This document shows, in pieces, positions 58,380 through 64,000 of a DNA stretch of 64,000 nucleotides. How positions within the stretch are numbered: the stretch's first letter is position 1; the number at the start of each line of letters is the position of its first letter. The DNA is from Minisyncoccota bacterium. GTDB lineage: Bacteria > Patescibacteriota > Minisyncoccia > UBA6257 > JAGOQP01. Location: the NCBI GenBank assembly GCA_041661795.1, contig JBAZTS010000005.1:768-64767 (forward strand). The letters run 5' to 3'. The translations under genes were made by a program, and so were the position numbers. The notes below the pieces were generated by a model. That model was not told the DNA's origin, did not search any database, and saw nothing but the letters and a program-made list of their open reading frames with translations.

Positions 58380-59594
58380 ATGAACCGCAATCGCAAGAGC
58401 GTGTGGATCGTTACTGTCATGGCGGTCGCGATCGCCATGATCAACATTAACCTGGTGGAGGCAGTTACGCCTCTCACCAGACAGTGGATTCCTTCTGTGG
58501 GATCCGGCTCGGGTATCAACTCGGCGCAGTGGCGGACGACGGTGTGGATTCACAACCCGTCGTCGGTTTCCACCGCCAACGTGGAAGTTTCTTTCTTCGA
58601 GAGGGGATCTTCCATCGGCGTTCCTCTGGTGGTTGTTACTCTCCAGGTTCTTTCTGGGGAGGCGATGACCCACCAGAACTTTATGTCGGATGTCCTGAGA
58701 GTATCAAAGTACGGATCTCTCAGGTTCGTTTCCGACATCCCTGTGTCGGTGCGTTCGCGCATCTACAATGCCAACAGCCCCACTCCTTCGGGAGCTGGGA
58801 CTGCTGGTCAAGCGTTTGACGGCATCAACGAGAACGATGCCGTCGGAGTTGGCCAAAGCGTGACGCTCCAGTCGGTCCCCACAACTTCCGATTTCCGTTT
58901 CAACTTCGGATTCATAGAAGTGGGCGGAACTGAGACGACTGTCCGGGCCCAGAGGATCAATTCCCTGGGACAGCCCGTCGGTGGTGACCGGGTCTACCTG
59001 GCTGGCGAGTATCAGGCCAACCAATTCCCGGTGAGCGATCTTTCCGTTACCACTACCGACATCGGCAGTAGTAACGATCAGATCAAGATGACCGTCACCC
59101 AAGGGGGACGGATCATCGCCTTTGGGTCTCTTGTGGACAACAAGACGGGGGACCCTACCACGGTGACACAGGAGTCACCGCTGGTCCGACCGGGAGTGTA
59201 CAGCTATACCATCCGCGACTCCCAGAACGGCGCCGTGAAGGGGACTCTGATCCTCAACGTGGCTATTGTTGAGGGAGTTCCTACGATGGTGAAGATGAGA
59301 ACCATATACTTGTGCGAGTGCGGACGGAATTGGTACTTCTACATCGACAACAGTGGCACGCCATTCTCTTTACCTATGACAAGCGGAGTGGGGGCTACTG
59401 AAGTAAGCGTCGGTCCCCCTTATGTTGAATTCTGGCTTGGGTGGGTACCGACAGTAAACCCAGATGGCACGGGGGGAGGATACGCCGATTATATGATCAA
59501 GAGCACCAATGCTCCTTGGTCTGAGTGTAATCTACTAACCACCACTCATGATCTTGTGGGAGGGTGGAGTGAACCTCTTCCGGCTGAGCAGTAG
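58380..59594 (+). CDS. GC-rich secreted beta-rich protein of unknown function
   Basis: GGAGG SD; signal-like N-terminus; WRTTVWIHNP, FRFNFG, SLVDNKTGDP. Confidence 0.8.
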   Translation: MNRNRKSVWIVTVMAVAIAMININLVEAVTPLTRQWIPSVGSGSGINSAQWRTTVWIHNPSSVSTANVEVSFFERGSSIGVPLVVVTLQVLSGEAMTHQNFMSDVLRVSKYGSLRFVSDIPVSVRSRIYNANSPTPSGAGTAGQAFDGINENDAVGVGQSVTLQSVPTTSDFRFNFGFIEVGGTETTVRAQRINSLGQPVGGDRVYLAGEYQANQFPVSDLSVTTTDIGSSNDQIKMTVTQGGRIIAFGSLVDNKTGDPTTVTQESPLVRPGVYSYTIRDSQNGAVKGTLILNVAIVEGVPTMVKMRTIYLCECGRNWYFYIDNSGTPFSLPMTSGVGATEVSVGPPYVEFWLGWVPTVNPDGTGGGYADYMIKSTNAPWSECNLLTTTHDLVGGWSEPLPAEQ

Positions 59595-59613
59595 TGTAGT
59601 TAGGTAACAAGTT

Positions 59614-59654
59614 CTCAAAAGGGGTGTCTCGCAAGAGCACCCCTTGAGCTTTTT
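59614..59654 (+). terminator. Intrinsic terminator
   Basis: ctcaaaaggggtg...caccccttgag followed by a T run. Confidence 0.8.
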
Positions 59655-59672
59655 ATATTGTTTTAATTCTCT

Positions 59673-59778
59673 AAATGTGATTTAATATATAATAGAAACC
59701 AAGAGATTGTCTCTTGGTATAGCACATTAACAAGTCGTGTGATCTGGGTGAGACATCCCCGGAAAGGAGGTGAGAAGA
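59673..59778 (+). promoter_or_regulatory. Leader motif copy B: -10, hairpin, boxA-like, SD
   Basis: TATAAT; accaagag-attgt-ctcttggt; GCACATTAACAA; AGGAGGT 7 nt before ATG; inverted homolog at 63842-63948. Confidence 0.8.
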
Positions 59779-59925
59779 ATGGGGAACGAAAAGCGCCAGA
59801 AGTGGGCGGAGGATCGCCAGAAGCGTTACGAGCCCAAGGGACCCAAGACCGACAAGGGAGGCGGTCGCGAAAGGAATGTTGGTCATCCCAAGGGGGAGGA
59901 ACACAGTCGCGTCAGCAAGAAGTAG
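59779..59925 (+). CDS. Unannotated 48-aa basic peptide MGNEKRQKWAEDRQKRYEPKGPKTDKGGGRERNVGHPKGEEHSRVSKK
   Basis: Manual translation; strong SD; same leader as the Cys-rich peptide gene; hairpin right after the stop. Confidence 0.75.
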   Translation: MGNEKRQKWAEDRQKRYEPKGPKTDKGGGRERNVGHPKGEEHSRVSKK

Positions 59926-59932
59926 CACCATG

Positions 59933-59954
59933 GGGGCGAGCAAATGTTCGCCCC
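59933..59954 (+). terminator. GC hairpin after the peptide gene (attenuator or mRNA stabiliser)
   Basis: ggggcgagca-aa-tgttcgcccc; no strong T tail. Confidence 0.55.
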
Positions 59955-59991
59955 TGCTATTATTATATGGTATATTATTGGAAATACTTAT

Positions 59992-61248
59992 ATGAACGTT
60001 AAAGTAAAAAAATTAAAAAATGGATTTAAAATTATTTATTTGCCTTTTGACAACTTTTCTTCAACCGTCATTAGACTTCTTGTTCCGGCGGGTTCATTTT
60101 TGGACGGCAAACGACATGGATTGGCACACATGGTGGAGCATATGGCAACCAAATGGATTGAAAATAGGATACACGACATTACAAGCACTGTATGGGCCGC
60201 CGATCATCTTGTCACTCATTTTGAATCCGGAATAAATCGTCAATACGCATATTTTAGCTTTGATGTTCACCACAAAGACGCCAAACGCGTAGTTAATATA
60301 TTAAGAGATATGCTTATTTTAGACAAAATTTCATTGGGTGATTTAACGGGAGAAAAAAATATTATACTTTCCGAAATTCGCGACTCAATTGATTCTTCCT
60401 CATACAACTTTGAAAAAGACGCAAGTATATCACTGGGAGACATATTAGGAGTGGCGCACCCCGTGCTTGGATATTCTTCTTCTGTAAGACGTTTTACTAA
60501 CAAGATCATAAATAACTTTTTTGTTCATTATTATCAGAATACTAGCGCGATTCTTGTGGTTTCGGGTAAGGTGACATCTGACATACAAAAAGAAATAGAA
60601 ACATCTTTTAATAATGCCCATCTAACACCATCCACATCTCACTTTGTTGGTCTCAGAACTCTTCTTAAGCGATCCCGATTTCATATTGTGAATAATTTTA
60701 CGCGTCAATCTTATTGCACAATATTTTATCCTCTTCCTGTAAAAAATTTAAACGAGTTACTTGTGTGGAAATTTGTCGGTTTTGTGTTATATGATTACCT
60801 ACGTTACGTTTTAAGAGAAAATGGATATATTTCATATTCTACCGATGTTGACGTGGAGGATCTTTGGCAGCGCCCAGTATTAGCGGTAAGATTTTCTGTT
60901 GAGGTTAATAAAATGACGCACGCTTTACAACTCTGGCAAGATGCTTTATCTAAATTCTCGGATGTATTTACACAACACGAATATATAATCGCTCTCAGGG
61001 CTTATATTCAGGAAATAGAGCTTGATAAAGATTACCCAATTACACAGGCAAAAAATTTTGGTCATTACGCAATGCTATTTGGCCTAAATTCGGTACAAAA
61101 CATTAAGCGGGAGAACTATAAAAAATTGTTTTCTCAAAAAAGAGTTATAAAAAATATTCACACAATAATGCAAAATCCACACTTTCTTCATATTGTGGCA
61201 TCAAAAAAACGACTAGACGAGAAGAAATTACGCAAAGATTTTATATAA
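59992..61248 (+). CDS. M16 (insulinase/pitrilysin-family) zinc peptidase
   Basis: KLKNG start; GLAHMVEHM (HxxEH); EKNIILSEI. Confidence 0.85.
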   Translation: MNVKVKKLKNGFKIIYLPFDNFSSTVIRLLVPAGSFLDGKRHGLAHMVEHMATKWIENRIHDITSTVWAADHLVTHFESGINRQYAYFSFDVHHKDAKRVVNILRDMLILDKISLGDLTGEKNIILSEIRDSIDSSSYNFEKDASISLGDILGVAHPVLGYSSSVRRFTNKIINNFFVHYYQNTSAILVVSGKVTSDIQKEIETSFNNAHLTPSTSHFVGLRTLLKRSRFHIVNNFTRQSYCTIFYPLPVKNLNELLVWKFVGFVLYDYLRYVLRENGYISYSTDVDVEDLWQRPVLAVRFSVEVNKMTHALQLWQDALSKFSDVFTQHEYIIALRAYIQEIELDKDYPITQAKNFGHYAMLFGLNSVQNIKRENYKKLFSQKRVIKNIHTIMQNPHFLHIVASKKRLDEKKLRKDFI

Positions 61249-61285
61249 ATATAGAGACAATAAAAGTTTGGTTGTCGTTTACTAT

Positions 61286-61462
61286 ATGAAATTATTTTTA
61301 ATTCGTCATGGAGAAACCGAAGAATCTAAAAAAGGCATATTGCTCGGACATCTTTCAGGGCGTTTAACTGTTAGAGGAAAAAGGGAAATGTTGAATGTTG
61401 CTAAGAAAATAGAAAAACTAAATCCGGATATAATATTTTCAAGTGATTTAAAAAGAGCTTAG
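61286..61462 (+). pseudogene. Truncated histidine phosphatase (PGM-family) fragment
   Basis: LIRHGET and SSDLKRA followed at once by a stop; 58 aa only. Confidence 0.75.
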
Positions 61463-61501
61463 GTGGTTTTTATTTAAGATAAAATATGTTTTACTTAAAT
61501 T

Positions 61502-62221
61502 ATGATAAGATTGCGTTTTTACGTAAATAAATCGCTAGATAAAAGAATGGTCAAAGAATTTATCAGTGTCCAAGCTGGAGGAGTAAATTTTGGTCAAAAT
61601 ATTATCAAATTACATCCCCGATTAAGATTTGATAGGTTAAACAAAAGATCACAGCCTAAAATCATTGATGATTATTTTGATGTTTACTATAAAATTCACA
61701 AAGAAAAAATAAAACGGAAAATTAACGAAATAAGAAGAGAATGGATTAAATGGGAGGAAAATTTCGTTTCCATTACAGAAAAATACTTTGGAGGTTTTAA
61801 ATTTTCTAAAGGAAGATATATAGCATATCCGTCAATCATAAATTGCAACCCACGTTTTCTTGATTCAAAAACATTTCAATTTTTCTATAAAAAAGAAATT
61901 CCGGATGCCGTTCATACTATAGCCCACGAACTTCTTCACTTTATATTCTTTGATTTTGTAAATAAAAAACTTCCTAAAATAAAACATGAACTTTCTGACG
62001 ATGAGTTATGGGACCTATCAGAAATATTTAATGTTGTTTTGTTGAGAATGCTATATAAAAACATTATAAATCATAGATATATTCATCCCTATCCTGATCA
62101 TAAAAAATATTTACGTGATATAATACAAACTTTTCTAAAATCCACCAATATAAAAGAATTTATTATAAAGAGTGCCAGCGTCATCAGACAAAGAAAAACA
62201 GAAATTAGAAGAGGGAGCTAA
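61502..62221 (+). CDS. Hypothetical protein with a zincin HExxH motif
   Basis: AHELLHF with a downstream Glu (DLSEIFN). Confidence 0.7.
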   Translation: MIRLRFYVNKSLDKRMVKEFISVQAGGVNFGQNIIKLHPRLRFDRLNKRSQPKIIDDYFDVYYKIHKEKIKRKINEIRREWIKWEENFVSITEKYFGGFKFSKGRYIAYPSIINCNPRFLDSKTFQFFYKKEIPDAVHTIAHELLHFIFFDFVNKKLPKIKHELSDDELWDLSEIFNVVLLRMLYKNIINHRYIHPYPDHKKYLRDIIQTFLKSTNIKEFIIKSASVIRQRKTEIRRGS

Positions 62222-62233
62222 AAGCTCCCTCTT
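62209..62233. terminator. Bidirectional terminator between convergent genes
   Basis: aagagggagct-aaa-agctccctctt. Confidence 0.8.
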
Positions 62234-63614
62234 AAGATCTGTTCTCTGCCACCCATTTCTCCTTCTGTTTCTCCCAAAGATCCTGAATGAGAAAAAGAGT
62301 GGCTGATTTCGCGTGCGCGCAGAAGCGCGTGTCCAGCGCTTCCAATGATCCAGTTAAGCGATATGCGTTGTAGGGACACCCACCTCCGCAGTTACCGAGT
62401 GCTAGACACCCGAGACATTCTTGGTTGCTCAACGGTGAGCGCCGTCTCCAGAGTTTCCAGAAAGGGTGCATCTCGGGTTGAAAGGTCTCCAGGGATTCTT
62501 CTACAAAGAACTCCTTTTGCCCGCAGAATGCTTGACACACTCCGATCTTTCCGTCTGGGCTTACGACCACCTGAAGACCACAACCTCCGCAGTCACTCAG
62601 AACTGGCGTCTTGTCTATAAAGTTGCGAACTCGCCTCATCATCCTATCTTCATAGACGCCTCTCTCACGAGCGATTTTAAAGCACTCAATAAGTTCTTGA
62701 GCAATGGTTTCTGCATAGTCATGGTTTCCATGACCATCTCCATCGTTTTCAATGAGAATATTGAATCCCATCCCCTTAGCACCAAGTTCATCGGTGAGCC
62801 AGGTTACTATCTCCCTCATGTGTGAGAGATTGTGACGATCGACAGTGACGCAAACTCCAGTGTGCACACCCATCTGCTGAGCGAGACGGTAGGAACGAAT
62901 TACATCATCAAACGTTCCTTCGCCGGTAGAGTAAACCCGCATTTGATCGTGAATCTCTTTCGGCCCGTCTATGGAGATAGCAACTACTGCGCCGCTCTCC
63001 TTACACGAAGTCAAAATCTCTTCGTCAAGAAGAATACCGTTGGTATTCAGGGTAACTCCCATGCTTTGTGGAAGTACTTCCGCTTCCTTGTTCTCCTTGA
63101 TGTACTGCAGAACTTCAAGGAGGACCTTACGATTCAGCGTTGGTTCACCTCCGTAGATGACTATCTGCTGGTCGGTATGTCCCTTGGCAATACTCCTCTT
63201 CACACACCTAGCAAAGAAATCGATAGCAGCATGCGCCGTCTCCGACTTCATTTGTGAAAAGCGGTAGTGAGGAGGCATATTGGCCAAGAAATAGCAGTAC
63301 CGACAACGGATATTGCAAGCATCAGAAAGAAGTAGATAAAGGATGTTGATGGATGGATCGTCTAACGCTTTCTGATACTCCCGATAATGTTCACATCCGT
63401 CATCATTCTCTGCTAGGAGAAAACCCAATGACTGGAGCGATTCCAGGAGTTGCTCTGACTCAGCGTCAGATGACGTGAACCAACCATCTTCTTGACACTG
63501 TTTCACGGTCGATGCTTTGATAAACACTGTTTCCAAGTCAAGGCTGTGATACAATGCCACGTACTCCTCATCTACCGGAATGATGTACAGGAAAGGACTT
63601 TGTTGTAGTCTCAC
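62232..63614 (-). CDS. Radical SAM/SPASM peptide maturase
   Basis: CNIRCRYC; YGGEPTL; SIDG; SPASM CGGC...GVC...CLGC...CGGGCP...C; AGGAGG SD before GTG; N-terminal extension. Confidence 0.93.
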   Translation of the reverse strand: MRLQQSPFLYIIPVDEEYVALYHSLDLETVFIKASTVKQCQEDGWFTSSDAESEQLLESLQSLGFLLAENDDGCEHYREYQKALDDPSINILYLLLSDACNIRCRYCYFLANMPPHYRFSQMKSETAHAAIDFFARCVKRSIAKGHTDQQIVIYGGEPTLNRKVLLEVLQYIKENKEAEVLPQSMGVTLNTNGILLDEEILTSCKESGAVVAISIDGPKEIHDQMRVYSTGEGTFDDVIRSYRLAQQMGVHTGVCVTVDRHNLSHMREIVTWLTDELGAKGMGFNILIENDGDGHGNHDYAETIAQELIECFKIARERGVYEDRMMRRVRNFIDKTPVLSDCGGCGLQVVVSPDGKIGVCQAFCGQKEFFVEESLETFQPEMHPFWKLWRRRSPLSNQECLGCLALGNCGGGCPYNAYRLTGSLEALDTRFCAHAKSATLFLIQDLWEKQKEKWVAENRS

Positions 63615-63641
63615 TTTAAACCTCCTTTCTTTTTAGAAAGT

Positions 63642-63669
63642 TGGGGGTGGCATAACTCAACCACCCCCA
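63642..63669 (-). terminator. GC hairpin between precursor peptide and maturase genes
   Basis: tgggggtgg...ccaccccca 9-bp stem. Confidence 0.6.
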
Positions 63670-63688
63670 TTCCTAATTTCTGTTTCAC

Positions 63689-63841
63689 CTACTTGCTCGA
63701 CTTGCACGGCGTGCAACGGCATGAGCTACAAGATGTGCAGTCGCACGGGCGGGAATTGACCGCTTCGTTGAGATCGATCCTCCCGACGATCTTCGAGCGT
63801 GTTTCCGCCGCAGGAACTACGAGAACATTGGCTTTACTCAT
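63689..63841 (-). CDS. 50-aa Cys-rich RiPP precursor candidate (CxCxxCxxCxCxxC)
   Basis: MSKANVLVVPAAETRSKIVGRIDLNEAVNSRPCDCTSCSSCRCTPCKSSK; AGGAGGT 7 nt before ATG 63841; directly upstream of the rSAM/SPASM gene. Confidence 0.88.
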   Translation of the reverse strand: MSKANVLVVPAAETRSKIVGRIDLNEAVNSRPCDCTSCSSCRCTPCKSSK

Positions 63842-63948
63842 TCTCATCACCTCCTCTCTGGGGAAAGAATCACCCGACCTCACAACTTGTTAATGTGCTA
63901 TATCCAGAGCCAATCTCTGGATTTCTAAGATTATATTAAATCATATTT
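63842..63948 (-). promoter_or_regulatory. Leader motif copy C: -10, hairpin, boxA-like, SD
   Basis: Minus strand reads TATAAT; atccagag-attgg-ctctggat; GCACATTAACAA; AGGAGGT. Confidence 0.8.
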
Positions 63949-64000
63949 TGTCAAAAACAACAATAAGAATTTCTTGTATTACTAGTAGTTCCGTTTACCC

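Noticed and set aside
59671-60002. Tracked ORFs 59739-60002 (+), 59671-59943 (-) and the ATG 59944 start
   Set aside because: No SD; they cross hairpins; the SD-led 59779 frame and ATG 59992 explain the region better
63842-63893. GTG 63883 start for the Cys-rich peptide and the antisense 66-aa ORF
   Set aside because: The extension runs through the conserved leader and SD; ATG 63841 matches the spacing of the sister cassette
59673-63948. Leader copies B and C as transposon terminal inverted repeats
   Set aside because: No transposase or target duplication seen; similarity runs exactly to the start codons and a third partial copy exists, which fits a regulatory role better
55367-64000. Prophage or integrative element at the tRNA cluster
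   Set aside because: No integrase, phage gene or duplicated tRNA 3' end seen in the window; one could lie beyond the right edge
1-64000. CRISPR array, rRNA, or alternative genetic code
   Set aside because: No regular repeat-spacer array or rRNA seen; conserved genes are full length with TGA as stop

Overview
AT-rich bacterial chromosome segment read in code 11 (TGA acts as stop). Gene content and style (complete type IV pilus cluster, long ThyX-type protein, membrane-anchored Clp ATPase, many genes with a -10 box just before the start codon and no Shine-Dalgarno) suggest a Patescibacteria/Parcubacteria (CPR) genome; this is inference. Left to right: two acidic surface proteins; a surface-glycosylation cluster; dsbA-grx-trxB; a Clp ATPase; infC-rpmI-rplT; accessory genes; tRNA-Ser; an ECF sigma/MacAB-type module; comF and the pil cluster; ligA, thyX, ppsA, eno, gatCA; three tRNAs; an ABC exporter; then an accessory island with GC-richer segments (about 58.2-64 kb). 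The island holds a candidate RiPP system: a 50-aa six-Cys peptide with a radical SAM/SPASM maturase, facing an unannotated 48-aa peptide gene followed by an M16 peptidase. The two peptide genes share a roughly 105-nt leader (-10 box, covarying hairpin, boxA-like motif, strong SD), and a third GC-rich gene shares its -10/hairpin/boxA-like core. Also seen: a ~160-nt structured element filling the space between a -10-like box and the ATG of two unrelated genes, and many palindromic or heptamer foldback repeats, several inserted in frame in genes. All family assignments come from motif recognition by eye; no searches were run.
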